This document shows positions 14,417-28,043 of a stretch of 64,000 nucleotides of DNA, piece after piece; within the stretch, counting starts at the first letter, position 1, and each line of letters begins with the position of its first letter. Made by a program: the position numbers and the translations under genes. The stretch is from Octopus sinensis (taxonomy: Eukaryota). The notes under the pieces are model-generated. The model was not told where the DNA came from, made no database searches, and saw only the letters and a program-made list of their open reading frames with translations. The DNA lies in assembly GCF_006345805.1 (NCBI RefSeq), contig NW_021833722.1, positions 9,876-73,875 of the forward strand. The letters are read 5' to 3'.

Positions 14417-14514
14417 CATATGTATTTATGCATATATTTCTATATATCTCTGTGAGTGTATATGATTATGTGTGCGTGCATGTATGTATGTAAGTATATT
14501 TATATATCTATCTG

Positions 14515-14582
<68 letters not shown>

Positions 14583-15065
14583 GCTATCTAGCTAGCTAGC
14601 TAGCTAGCTATACGCATATTATATATTTATATATATGATATACATGAGGTGTGTGTGTGTGTGTTGTATGTTGTGCATGTGGGCAATGAGTGTGTCATGT
14701 TCGTTTCGCCGCACTTTCTGCGCATTTGTGGTGTGCGCATGCGTGCATTTGGGTGTTTATGAAACTCTCCCGACTGATAACACTAATCTTCTTCGACCAG
14801 TTGAGGATTAGAGGTAAACAAAATTGCACACGTAACACACAATCACTCACAATCATGCAGTCAAACACACTCACTCAAACACACACTCACATACATTCGA
14901 GCAACTTTAACTTGAGCAATAAATTGATATTTATCCATTAATAACATTTAAATCTTATCAAAATGACTCAATGCAAATGTATTCATCAATGTCTGCGAAT
15001 TAAAACTATTTCGGAGAAATGAAATTTATAAATCAATAAAAACCTTCAAACTACTAAAAAAAAAG

Positions 15066-15150
<85 letters not shown>

Positions 15151-15902
15151 CAAAACAAAAAAACAAATTGTATCAAAATTTTCTTTTGTCGAAGAAATCA
15201 ATGTAAAAGCTTATACCACATTACTGGTATTTAGTTGAATTATAGGCAGGAAATTCCTCAAAGTATATTTGTGTTTCGGTACCTTTAATCGTAGGAATTT
15301 CAGAATGATTGGAAATTCTGGATCTGTGACTTCTCAAAACTGGCTAAAATTAGAAGAGGTTCTGAGTTGAAATCACCACTGAAGTCAATTTCGACTTTCG
15401 TCCCTCTGGTGTCGATAAAATAAACTACTGCTGTCGAATAGATTGACTAATGTCTTTCTCCCACAAAACAGCTAGTCTTTGGCATAAACCAGAATTAATT
15501 ATGTATTATAAGGGCCAACGGAAAGTTTCTTTTCTGTTGATAAAAACTGGGACTTGAAACATGGGTCTTTTTGACATACGCAATCCGAAAATGACATCCG
15601 TTTATTATCATCACCTCAAGATTTTCCGATACTGAATCCATAGAATTTGGTTGTATTTTTTCAATAAAACAGTAAGGCATAATACATACACAGAAATTGG
15701 TTTTTCTTCAAACCAGAATTGTTTCTTAAAATTCTAATGAAAACTTAGACAAACCGCATCGCTGTTTGTGCCTAATTTGAATAATTTACTTAGTGCTGAG
15801 CATTGGGAAGATCACGAACCAAATTCTAACAATAGTCCACCATCATATGCAAGTCCACTCTACCTCGATACCATTGTTCCTGTCATTATGTCCCCATAGA
15901 AA

Positions 15903-15988
<86 letters not shown>

Positions 15989-16029
15989 GTCTGTCTGTCT
16001 GTCTATCTGTCTGTCTGTCCATCTATTTA

Positions 16030-16087
<58 letters not shown>

Positions 16088-16162
16088 CATCCATCCATCC
16101 ATCTATCTATCTATCTGTCTCTCTGTCTGTCTGTTTGTCTGTCTGTCCATCTATTTATCTGT

Positions 16163-16222
<60 letters not shown>

Positions 16223-16223
16223 A

Positions 16224-16269
<46 letters not shown>

Positions 16270-16705
16270 CCTACCTGTCGGTCTGCCTATCTGTCTGTTT
16301 TTTCTCTGTCTCTGTCTGTCTGTCAGTCTATTAATAAGTCGTATTTTCACCGTGTTTAATCAATCCAAACACTACACGCTCGACGCATGGCCACCCAAAA
16401 CATCACGCAATAAAGCAACACAACGCACACAATACATCTTAAATAGAACCGCCGTGAAATATTGCAGTTGGCGTTGCTTCCTCGACGCCATAACCGGCCA
16501 ACATTGTAATACGAAGCATGCTCCTCTCACATGATGGCTGCTGTAATCTCAGCGACTTCTCTCACACGCATTCAGCGCAGTTGCTGCTGCCCCAATAACA
16601 TAACACATATATTACAAACAATCATTGTTACGTACCGGAACACACAACACAAACTCAAGAAGCCCAGACGATGATACAATCACCGCTCAAAGGTATAATA
16701 CACCT

Positions 16706-16942
16706 TTAATACAGCGGCGAGCTGGCAGAAACGTTAGCACGCCGGGCGAAATGCGTAGCCGTATTTCGTCTGTCGTTACGTTCTGAGTTCAAATTCCGCC
16801 GAGGTCGACTTTGCCTTTCATCCTTTCGGGGTCGATAAATTAAGTACCAGTTACGCACTGGGGTCGATGTAATCGACTTAATACCTATGCCTGTCCTTGT
16901 TTGTCCCCTCTGTCTTTAGCCCCTTGTGGGTAGTAAAGTAAT
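16706..16942 (+). mobile_element. tRNA-derived CORE-type SINE (family 1) with 15-bp TSD
   Basis: GGCGAGCTGGCAGAA A-box, GAGTTCAAATTCC B-box and CORE-like CTTTGCCTTTCATCCTTTCGGGGTCGATAAATTAAGTACCAG; TSD AGGTATAATACACCT at 16691-16705 and 16943-16957. Confidence 0.9.
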
Positions 16943-17165
16943 AGGTATAATACACCTCACGTTGCAAATAGTCTCGACACGGATGGAGCGCTGGAGTGTC
17001 ATAAGAAACACCGAAAAACAAACACAAAAAACACATACAAAACAAACACCAAAAGAACGGATTTGGACGGGAATAAAGAATACGAGTCCATATTTCTAGA
17101 AGACAATACTGAGCGCAACTGAGAAACAGGGAGAAACAACTGGTAGGGGAGAAGAAACTGGCACG

Positions 17166-17243
17166 GTGATGATAGTGATGATGATGGTGATGTTGATGAT
17201 GGTGATGTTCATGATGATGATGATGGTGATGATGATGATGTTC

Positions 17244-17288
<45 letters not shown>

Positions 17289-17395
17289 GTGATGTTCATG
17301 ATGAGGATGATGGTGATGTTCATGATGATGATGATGATGATGATGGTGATGTTCATGATGATGATGATGATATGATGATGATGATGGTGATGTTC

Positions 17396-17463
<68 letters not shown>

Positions 17464-17530
17464 GATGATGACGATGATGATAGTGATGATGGTGATGATG
17501 ATGATGATGATGATGGTGATGCTGATGATG

Positions 17531-17562
<32 letters not shown>

Positions 17563-17694
17563 GATGTGATGATGATGATGATGAGGATGATGGTGATGAT
17601 GATGAGGATGATGGTGATGATGATGATGATGATGATGACGATGATGATAGTGATGATGGTGATGATGATGATGATGATGGTGATGTTGATGATG

Positions 17695-17768
<74 letters not shown>

Positions 17769-17960
17769 GGTGATGGTGATGATGATGATGATGATGATGA
17801 TGACGATGATGATGGTGATGATGGTGATGATGATGGTGATGATGGTGATGATGATGGTGATGATGATGTTCATGATGATGGTGATGGTGATGTTCATGAT
17901 GAGGATGATGGTGATGTTCATGATGATGATGATGATGATGATGATGTTGGTGGTGATGAT
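17166..17960. repeat. ~800-bp degenerate (GAT)n array
   Basis: Visible in sequence; variant units GGT/GTTCAT recur. Confidence 0.95.
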
Positions 17961-19146
17961 GGTCTATAATTTAGAAAGAAGGCAGCAGTTTTAGAGTAAG
18001 GGGTTAGTGATCACCATCAACCTCCAGTGCTTGCTTCGTTCTTAAATTTATCAAACTGCACAGGGATGAAAAGCAAAGTTGAGCTCGATGGGATTTCAAT
18101 AAATAACGACGTATGAGTGTGTGTGTGTGTGTGCGTGTGTGTGTGTATGTATGTGTGTGTGTATGTGTGTGTGTATGTATGCATGTATGAATGTATGTAT
18201 GTATGTAGATATATTGACATACATGTATGTATGTAGATATATTGACATACATATATTGACATGTATGTATGTAGATATATTGACATACATGAAGCGCATT
18301 TCATTACGGTAGTTTGAATTTGTACCTCGGTTGCTTTATTATTTCATTATCTTAAGACCTCTGACAACAGGCTAGTATCCGCACTCACAGAATCAACGAC
18401 AGCAAACAAAACCGAGCGCTGTGAGAAGTAAAACAAAAGACGAGAAGTGAAGCAACAACACCACTACCACCACCACCAACAACAAGCCATTTCGAAGGGG
18501 AGGGTAAGTCGATTACGTCGACCCAAGTGTTCAACTGGTACCTATTTCATTAACCCTGAAATAATGAGAGGCAAAGTCAACCTTAGTTGAATTTGAACTC
18601 AGAGCGGACGAAATGGTGCTAAGCATTTTGTTTGGCGAAATACCTTTAACAAAGGCCAGCATTGGAAGGAGGACAGGGGGATAAAATCTTCACTTGACTG
18701 GTGGTATATTTTATTGAATTCGAGACGATGAAAGGCAAAACCGACATTGGTAGAATTTGAAACTCAGATCATAACGTGCCATAACCTAATAGACACAAAG
18801 CCAATAATTTGGGGTGGTAGCAGTCGATTATATCGACTTAACTGGTTCTGTGTCAACCACACAAGGATGAAGAGCAAAGTCGACCTCAGCAGCAGGACAC
18901 GAAATCAGAAGGTAAAGGATCGAAAGTAACTGCCGCAATGTGTTTTGTTTGACGCACCAAAAAATTCCACCAAAATTTGTTTATGTGGAGAATTTATTTG
19001 TGTGTAGCGTCTACAAACATAAATCAATAAAGCTCACTTGGCATTAATCGATGATTCTGACGGAGAAATGACCAGCAATCACTTCCATCCCACCAGTGAA
19101 GAAACGGACACAAACAGTTGGTAGACGGATTATTTTATGAATACAG

Positions 19147-19196
<50 letters not shown>

Positions 19197-19217
19197 CACA
19201 CACATACACACACACAC

Positions 19218-19250
<33 letters not shown>

Positions 19251-19413
19251 TGTATATATATATGTATATATATATGTGTGTGTATGTATGTATATATGTT
19301 TGTATGTATGCATGGGTGTATGTATGTATGTAAGCATGTGTGCAGGTATGTATGTGTATATGTTTGTACTACGTGATATATATATATATATTTTGCACAT
19401 ATATGTATATACG

Positions 19414-19455
<42 letters not shown>

Positions 19456-19456
19456 T

Positions 19457-19503
<47 letters not shown>

Positions 19504-20029
19504 ATATGTGTGTGTGTGTGTATGAGAGAAAAGTTTATTCCATGTAAGTGGTTCCAGGATTATAAAGCGGAGATTATGGCAACCATCTTCGTCTGGCCGT
19601 CAATACTAACTTCATCAGTTGGCGGAAAACATTGCCAGATGATGGTTTTAAAGTTTCAAACAACACCTGACGTAATCATCGCAATGACGTGAACAAAAAT
19701 GACAGTCATTGTTTACATCGGAAAATATGTTTAATGGCTTTTAAGCCAGAGGAGGAAGGCAGCACTTGAAAACTTTGCAGAACCGCCAAATCTGACGGTG
19801 ATGAGATGAAGAAGAAACCACGACTTTCCAGATGTGACTACCAATAAAACACAGTACACTATACTAAAAGCACCGAGGTTTGGTGATGTTATTAAGTCTA
19901 TCCCCCAAGAACCGTATAGTTCAGCCGAAGGGATCTCCATGCACTTTCCAACCATCTAGTCTTGCTCATTATTTGTGCCGACCTGCAGCCATGGTCGATG
20001 GAACGCTTTATCTCATTGTTGCGTTTTAG

Positions 20030-20092
20030 GTTCAAACTTGGAAGAATGTGATTACAATTCTTAACAACCATTCTGCTATTGTTTCTTGGATG
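20030..20092 (+). CDS. Candidate 63-nt coding exon (VQTWKNVITILNNHSAIVSWM), unknown gene
   Basis: TTATCTCATTGTTGCGTTTTAG acceptor and ATG|GTAAGC donor; only phase 0 is open; unique sequence. Confidence 0.5.
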
Positions 20093-20159
20093 GTAAGCGA
20101 CAATTTTGGATCATGAGTCCTTAATGATGCTTGGCATCATCGTTGGAATTTACAAAAAC

Positions 20160-20367
20160 AAACAAACAAAACAAAACAAAAGACGAAGACAACAAACAGA
20201 TGTATTAGTTTAACAAAAGACGAAAACAACAAGCAGATGTATTAGTTTAACGCTTGGGAAGTGAGAAAGTCTTTTACGTTTCGAGCCTACGCTCTTCAAC
20301 TGAAAAGAAAACAGAAATAAACAGAGAAAATTATAAAAAAAGGTTTAGTGGCTAGAGATCAATCATG

Positions 20368-20370
<3 letters not shown>
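20160..20370 (-). mobile_element. Short repeat (family B) with minimal hammerhead-like motif at 20270-20308
   Basis: Minus strand TCTTTT CAGTTGA A GAGC GTAG GCTC GAAAC GTA AAAGA; homologous to 39905-40110 and 59690-59830. Confidence 0.6.
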
Positions 20371-20426
<56 letters not shown>

Positions 20427-20529
20427 ATATATATACGGAAGCTATGCATGTGCACCCGGGTGAAGCCGACTGCTGGTGCATTGACCTCGTGCATGAGCAT
20501 TGCTGGTATTTTCCATGAGCAATGGTCAG

Positions 20530-20720
20530 TGATGGACAGACAAAGGGATTAAGTCGATTACATCGACCCCAGTGCTTAACTGGTACTTAATTTATCGACC
20601 CCGAAAGGTTGAAAGGCAAAGTCGACTTCGGCGGAATTTGAACCCAGAACGTAGCGGCAGACGAAATACCGCTAAGCATTTCGCTCGGCGTGTTAACGTT
20701 TCTGCCAACTCGCCGCCTTA
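20530..20720 (-). mobile_element. Family 1 SINE
   Basis: Reverse complement of the 16706 element. Confidence 0.9.
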
Positions 20721-22184
20721 TGGCTTGAAAAATATTGTGTGAAATTTAGAAACCAGTTGATTTAGCAAGTGGGGAGTTCATTTCCGTGATTGGGGCCGGC
20801 GCGCAATAATTCCGTCGAGCGGAAGGTCCTGAAATGGTGCGCATTTTCTCCTGATGACCCCATTAGCCTGCTAGTGTACGATGTGTGGAACTTTCTAGTG
20901 GTAGCACTTGAGTGTGCAAGTTGTTTGATGCATGTATGTGTGTATGCGTGTATATCTGCAAATAAGTATATGTATATACCGTGCAGTATGCATGCAGAAC
21001 ATTGAGCAACTTGGGGCATAGTAATATATGTCTGTCTCTAATTCGACGCCGTTGGCTGTTCCCCCACCCCGTTCCTCCGCCAACCTTGTCTCGAAACCTG
21101 GACTTCTCGTATAAACCAGGCAGATGTATGAACACAAGACGGCCAACACATTATTGTGCATAACTGGAAACCTGTACTTTTCAGTAATAATGCATGATGG
21201 GATAGGAAAGGCGGAGCAGACTCATTTTTATGTCATAACTGAAAGCATGGAAGGCATCATTGTTTATGAATTAAGACTATTATCTTCTCAGAAATCACAT
21301 TTGATGGCTGCACGACGACGACGCTAGCAGCCTCGAATGCTTTAATATAAATATGTACTTTTATAAGAATCCATGCATACATACGTGCATACACGAATTC
21401 ATCAATACAAGCATACGTACATACAACCATCGAAACGTAACTATAAACACCCGTTCGTACAAGAAGATATACGCAAATATAAAACTCTCTCAACATAGAT
21501 TCCAAAAATAGCAGATTCCCCCCACCTCACCCCCTGAAGATTACTTTGGAAACTGATGAAATGTGAAGTGAGTGGAAATATAGTTTTTTTTTGTTTTTAT
21601 CTACATCTTTCGGAAAATACGAAAACGAAAAAGAAGAGGAAAAAGAAGGCGAGGAGAAGGGAGAGAAAGAAGGATAAAGAGGAAATAATAAAATTTAAAA
21701 AAATAGCTTATTAGGCTGGTGGATATAATTAAATTAGATGTGGATAATTTTAACAAGATGGAGTCCGAGTAAAGTAGAAATATATTAGATCTATTTAGAC
21801 GCATCAGACCGTCAGCTAATTGTGGAGGTAGATATTTGGCAAAGGGATTTTGTGTGTGAACTTATGGAAACATGTATATATGTATGTGTAAATGATAGCT
21901 GAATAAATATATGTATATGTATGTATGTGTGTGTATGGATGTATGTACCAATGTATGCATATATGTATATATATAGATGGATGGAAGAATCAATGTATGT
22001 CTGTATGCGTATGTATGTATGTATGTATGTATGTATGTATGTATGTATGTATGTATGTATGTATGTATGCATGTATGTATGCATGTATGTATGCATGTAT
22101 TTATGTATGTATGTATGTATAATATGTATGTCTGTTATGTGTGTTTTTTTTATCAAAATCATTTAAATTTGAGAAAAGAGGCGG

Positions 22185-22760
22185 GGAACAACCAGGGAAT
22201 GTGTGTTCTGTAAGCCGTATTGCAGATGGCACTAAATGTTGGAACCAAGATGATTTCCCAAAGATTAAGATCCGATCGGAGTCTGGTGCATTATCAAATC
22301 TGGTTAAGGAATATATATTTCGAATTGTTCGGGCAAAACTGTGTAAATCGGTCGGTTTAGTGAGAGTATTGTTTGCCAAATTACATTTTCTTCGCATTAT
22401 GTTTCTCAAATCAGACACAACACGAATAATAACTATGAGATTAGCTTCAGATATGTTTGTCAAACATTCATTTACAACTTCAGTCGGGGCCTCTGGAGTC
22501 TCTGCTGCGCTCTTTTTGCTTTAAAATATGTTGCGCTAAGACGAAGCCTCGTGTTAATGGAAATTATCGTTCTTACCACCTCTTCGGCTTTTGCATGTAG
22601 CCTTGCTTTCCGTTGATTTCTTTGCTACCCGCGCCAAAATTTAAATTCACTGTCAGTTCTGCATACTTTGTCAAAAATGTAAAGAAATCAACCGAGAAAA
22701 ATGTTCTACTTTTCCACGTTCTGTCAAAGTTTCACCAACCAGCATAGACATAAAGCGATT
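22185..22760 (-). pseudogene. Decayed FLYWCH-MULE (Mutator-like) transposase 5' part
   Basis: Minus strand reads FLYIFDKVCRTDSEFKFWRG*QRNQRKARLH (FLYWCH-like), AAETPEAPTEVVNECL and RILIFG..TFPGCSPPLF (cf. MULE RILIFG..DGTF..PPLF), with frameshifts and stops. Confidence 0.7.
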
Positions 22761-23350
22761 CAGAAAGCTACACGATGTATAGCAGTAGCCGAGTAATTTA
22801 GCAGTTGGTATTGCGAATTAGTTGTCATCTAGAAAAAAAAAAGTGTTCACGGCACCAGCAACTTCTGGGGACAAAGCGACTGATGTGGAAAATGAGTTCG
22901 GCGTCGAATCAACAAGGCCAAATTGGCGAAGTTAAAAAGCTGAGACTAACGGTCTCTTTCCCTCATAACTGCTATGGATGGAAAGAAGACAAATTGAATG
23001 AGGTTGTAGATATACTATACGTAAAAAGGTCACGCGGTAAGGTCACGAATGGAAAGACTTTGTCCAGAAATCTCTCAAAAAAAAGTGTGTGTGGGGGGTT
23101 TCAACAATAACGACTGTATATACATATATATACTTACATGCATGCATAAGTAAATACATACATATCGATAGACAGACAGACAGACACAGACACACACACA
23201 TACATACATACATACATACATACATACATAAAAATTCATACGTATATATATAACATACATACATGCACACGCATATGCATACATATACATGCACATAAAC
23301 TCATTAATAAATAAGGAATATTAACTAAATGCAGAAATGTAAAAGTTATC

Positions 23351-23800
23351 TTAGAGTTTGCAATCATATTTATTTTCAAGGAATGGATCCTTCGCTAAAA
23401 GAGGTGTTTGTATAAGGAAATTCTTTATCGTCACAATAATAGAACCGATCCAAGAGGTAACTCTGTAGATTTGCACATCTGACATTTGCTCAAGTTTTTC
23501 CAAATAATATTTTTGCTTCTCTACCATATCGAAATAGTCATCCTTTATCAAATGATCGCATTTTGGTTTCTCAAGCTCAGTCTGTGGCAGAAATGTTGAT
23601 AGTTGCGAACTGGTTGGCGGCACCGGTTTCTTTTTCTTCGGTGGAAAATCCAAGTGTCTGTGGTTGACGATGAAACCACGGGCGCGGTTTCTTGTTAATG
23701 GAATGTTATATCTTTCGTAAGAGATTCTTCGAGGAAAAACAAGATGTATGTGATTATAATTCATATTTAAGGTTTGAGATCGCGTCACAGGAGAACCCAT
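23351..23800 (-). CDS. 149-aa non-repetitive ORF, possibly a terminal exon 23351-23726; unknown product
   Basis: Longest ORF in unique sequence; protein-like composition; internal acceptor CTTGTTTTTCCTCGAAG| before ISYERY. No family recognised. Confidence 0.4.
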   Translation of the reverse strand: MGSPVTRSQTLNMNYNHIHLVFPRRISYERYNIPLTRNRARGFIVNHRHLDFPPKKKKPVPPTSSQLSTFLPQTELEKPKCDHLIKDDYFDMVEKQKYYLEKLEQMSDVQIYRVTSWIGSIIVTIKNFLIQTPLLAKDPFLENKYDCKL

Positions 23801-23820
23801 GATTCACCGTTAATGTTTTA

Positions 23821-23880
<60 letters not shown>

Positions 23881-24398
23881 TATATATGTATATATTTATG
23901 TGTTGTTTAGATGTTTTGTAGTCCTATTTATCCTCAAACACTTGCAAAAGTACATTTTTCATTCTTGTTGTTCTAGATGAAGATGTGTTTGAATGATTTC
24001 CACAAATATTTCCAAGTAAAATGAAATTGTTTTCTTTTTGTCCTCGGTTTTTCTTTCTTTTCTTTCGCTCTTAAATCGTGCTTTTGCGTCCTCTCCTTCT
24101 TCCCACAGTCTTCTTCTTCCCACAGTCCTTCTTCTTCTTCTTCTTCTTCTTCTCTTCTTCTTCTTCTCCTCCTCCTCCTCCTCCTCCTCCTCCTCCTCCT
24201 CCTCCGCCTTCGTTTCTATGTGTGCGCATGCGTCGGCGCTTACGTTTTACTTATGTGGTAATTAATGACGTCATAGAAATGTTCTTGAAATTGTTAGTTT
24301 TAGCTTTTGTTTTAATTTCAAAGATCAAAATATCCAATGCTGCTCTAATAAATAATTATTTAGCAGGAACTGAATCTGATTCCTGACCAATAACTTCA

Positions 24399-24624
24399 CC
24401 CATTAAGACCCCCTGTCCTATAAACAGGACACTAAATGAGAACATTAAACAAGCTATATCACATTGTCTCAGTGTCCTATTTATAGGACACCGAGTATTT
24501 CCATTTCTTACTTGAAGTAAAGGAGTTTTAATAATTATTTTTTTTCCTTTTAACCAAATTTTCAATCATTTGTAAAAATTTTAAAGTAATATTCTGAAAT
24601 TTAAGTACTCTGGGACTTAATGGG
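24399..24624. mobile_element. piggyBac-like MITE
   Basis: TIRs CCCATTAAGACCC / GGGACTTAATGGG; right flank TTAA, left flank TTCA; internal GTCCTAT..AGGACAC palindromes. Confidence 0.65.
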
Positions 24625-25044
24625 TTAAACAAGAAGCTACGCAATGACGTGTGTTTCAATAAGTAAACTTGGCCACGCCGATCTTATCTCCGGTTATAGC
24701 TGGTTGTCTGTAAGCTACTTTTTGAGAAGTTTTTTCAGCCTTCACTAGGATTTATTTCTAATTCTGATGGGTTCCCACAATCCAGTTTCATAAGGGAGAT
24801 TAGCTGGGCAGCCGGTTGCATCGCTGTTTTCATTGATCACGTGCCAGGTTGACTGGGTTATAGGGATTACAATGTAGAACCCAACCTAACGCTGACTCCT
24901 TTTATAGACACGTGATCAGAAATTTGTGGGAGGATGAAACTGATTCCATTACTTGGCGGGAGTCGGTCTGATCGAACTTTGAAAGGAAGAAAGGCAGAGG
25001 TGCTTAGGTGGGATTTGAACTCCGTATGTAAAGACCAAAATAAT

Positions 25045-25470
25045 ATACTCTTTACTCTTTACTCTTTTACTTGTTTCAGTCATTTGACTGCGGCCATGCT
25101 GGAGCACCGCCTTTAGTCAAGCAACTCGACCCCGGGACTTATTCTTTTCGTAAGCCCAGTACTTATTCTATCGGTCTCTTTTTGCCGAACCGCTAAGTTA
25201 TAGGGACGTGAACACACCAGCATCGGTTGTCAAGCAATGATAGGGGAACAAACACAGATACACAAACACACACACATACATACATATATATACATACATA
25301 TATACGGCAGGCTTCTTTCAGTTTCCGTCTACCAAATCCACTCACAAGGCATTGGTCGGCCCGGGGCTATAGCAGAAGACACTTGCCCAAGATGCCACGC
25401 AGTGGGACTGAACCCGGAACCATGTGGTTGATTAGCAAGCTACTTACCACACAGCCACTCCTGCGCCTAT
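25045..25470 (-). mobile_element. Bipartite tRNA-derived SINE (family 2) with internal (CA/TA)n and (AGTAAAAG)n tail
   Basis: Minus strand head GGCGCAGGAGTGGCTGTGTGGTAAG..GGGTTCAGTCCC; about 95% identical by eye to 58972-59400. Confidence 0.9.
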
Positions 25471-25539
25471 CGCTTTAATGTCGTTCTTGACCTAACTATA
25501 AAATTGATTTCAAATTTTTGTCACAAGGCCAGCAGTTTA

Positions 25540-25709
25540 AGGGAAGGGGGTTAGTCGATTGCATGAACCCCAGTGCGTAACTGACACTTATTTCGTTGAC
25601 CCTGAAAGGCAAGTCGAACTTGGCAGAATTTGAACTCAGAACGTAAGGATGGGTGAAATACCGTCAAACATTTTGCCCGGCGTGCTAATGATTCTGCCAG
25701 CTCGCCGCT

Positions 25710-25710
<1 letters not shown>
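25540..25710 (-). mobile_element. Family 1 SINE (diverged)
   Basis: AAGGCAAGTCGA..GAATTTGAACTCAGAACG..CTGCCAGCTCGCCGC. Confidence 0.8.
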
Positions 25711-25776
<66 letters not shown>

Positions 25777-25778
<2 letters not shown>

Positions 25779-26331
25779 GCCCTGATGCAGTACCAGGCAG
25801 TGGCTCTCATCGCTTCTGATCTTAACTGATTGGAAGTGTTATCATGTACATTGTTTTGTCTTGGTATAAAAGATGGGCTACAGCAAATATTCTGCTCAAT
25901 ACCACAGATTTGCTTGTCAGTTGTTGACCTTAACCAGTTGACCATGTCCCTTAGTGGCTGACAATACGTGCATCTCTGATCACGAGCAGAAGTAGTGGGG
26001 GAGCATCATAGCCATGTGTTGAGAGGGATTCTTTGGGGTTTGAATAATTCACCTTTGGAAACATGGGTGTTTCGTTCATCATCCTAAAGCAACCCTTATT
26101 CAGGGACCTTTTAAGCAGGATGGGCTACTCGACCTGAAGAAAATTCTAACTGGGCCCCACTTGCAAGGTCATGTGCTGCTTATCTTGATATTGGATCACC
26201 ATGTCGCGCACATATGGTTGTGATGCATGTGCCTCGTGTACCCTTATCTAACGGGTAGTCATGGTAGGTATGCTGGGCTTTGTATATTTTACCCCAGTGT
26301 CACTTTGATGGCATGCACTGCTCTCTCACTC
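25777..26331. mobile_element. ~550-bp non-coding element flanked by (TAA)n, copy 2
   Basis: Colinear with 6373-6923 and with the same end points. Confidence 0.8.
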
Positions 26332-27269
26332 AACAATAATAATAATAATAATTTCTAACGTAGACACGACACGAGAAACGATTGGCGAAAAGAGAAATCA
26401 ATTTTATCGTCTCTCATAGTTCAATGGTATTCATTTATCGATCCAGAAAAAATGAAAAATAAAATTCGCACTAGCGGTATTCGAACTCAGACCATAAAGG
26501 CTTTCTAAGAAATCACAACTTGTGCCTGTATTTTCTTTACCAACAGCAAAAGATGAAAGGCAAAGTTGATAACAGTGGGATTTGAACTGTGACAGGTGAA
26601 ACGAATACCGTAAGCTTTCCTATCGTAAGCTCTAATAGCTCCGTCAATTCACCGGATTTATGTAATTAAGACGGTTCAGTTATTCTTCTAATCTCTCTCC
26701 CTGTCTCTCTTGTTTCCTCCTCCTCCTCCCCACCACCACCACCTCCCCACCACCACCTCCCAACCTCCCCTCCTCCACCACCACCACCACCTCCCCACCT
26801 CCCCTCCTCCACCACCACCACCACCACCACCACCACCATCACCACCACCACCACCACCACCACCACCACCACCACCAACCACCACCACCACCTCCTCCTC
26901 CTCCTCCCTCTCCTCCCACCACCATCAACTCCACCGCAGTCATGGAAAAGGCATCAAGAAAACTCTACGAAAGGGGTCAACGTCTGCAGATGAATACATT
27001 CCAACAGAAATCGACAAGAAATGCCGAAAGAGGGCCTGAAACCTAATAAACATAAACTCAAAATTAACGACGTTTAAGAGCATTTGGCATGGATCTGAAG
27101 TACCTCGACTGACATTCGAGGTTCTAAATAGTAATAATGGCCATGCCGTTGGGATTAAAAGTATGTAAATACGTTTTAAGCAGTTAGAGCTAAAGCTGTA
27201 AATGCTGGGAGGAGAGAAAAAACGCATTATCAGGTTTCGTTGAATACCTGCTTGATTTTTAAAATTCTT

Positions 27270-27430
27270 TTATTCTTTTATTTGTTTTAGTCATTTGACT
27301 GCGGCCATGCTGGAGCACCGCCTTTTAGTCGAGTAAATCGCCCCCGAGATTTCGGTCTCTTTTGCAGAATCGCTAAGTTATAGGGACGTGAACACACCAG
27401 CATCGGGTGTCAAGCAATGTTGTGGGAACA
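27270..27430 (-). mobile_element. Family 2 SINE, 3' half
   Basis: CATTTGACTGCGGCCATGCTGGAGCACCGCC..CGCTAAGTTATAGGGACGTG. Confidence 0.85.
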
Positions 27431-27440
27431 AACACACACC

Positions 27441-27488
<48 letters not shown>

Positions 27489-27571
27489 AACACACACACA
27501 CACACACACACGCACAAACACACACACACGCACACACACACGCACACAAACACACACACACGCACACACCA

Positions 27572-27625
<54 letters not shown>

Positions 27626-27629
27626 TGAC

Positions 27630-27948
27630 AGGGTTCTTTCATATGTGTGTGCGGCTGTGAGAGGAAATCGTCGAATTACCATCCGCGAGTTATCAGAGGA
27701 TTGTGTCGTGAAGGATGAAAACTTTGCGTAGGTCTCTGAGCAGGTATCGTCAGGCTTTTGGCAAAATCTGATGCAGATTCTCGAGTCATGGTTAATGCGA
27801 CGATCACATGCTATACATGTTCCTTCCAGGCACTGCTGTAAACAGCGGAAGTGAGCTAGAACGTTAAAAATCTGTGACAAGCAGTTTCACTCTACGTACT
27901 TTAGCTTCGTTAATATGGTAACATTCCGGATACTTATTGATCAGACCA

Positions 27949-27950
<2 letters not shown>
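27630..27950 (-). mobile_element. Rearranged mariner fragment (TIR + transposase N-terminus)
   Basis: Minus strand TA-CGTGGTCTGATCAATAAGT TIR and RICIRFCQKPDDTCSETYAK; plus strand VCAAVRGNRRITIRELSED (second HTH). Confidence 0.7.

Positions 27951-28043
<93 letters not shown>

Noticed and set aside
15741-15899. 52-codon frame ending ...[22 protein letters not shown] (PPxY-like)
   Set aside because: Weak acceptors; length within chance expectation.
19860-19960. IPQEPYSSAE resembling mariner HPPYSPDLAP
   Set aside because: No flanking DDD motifs found.
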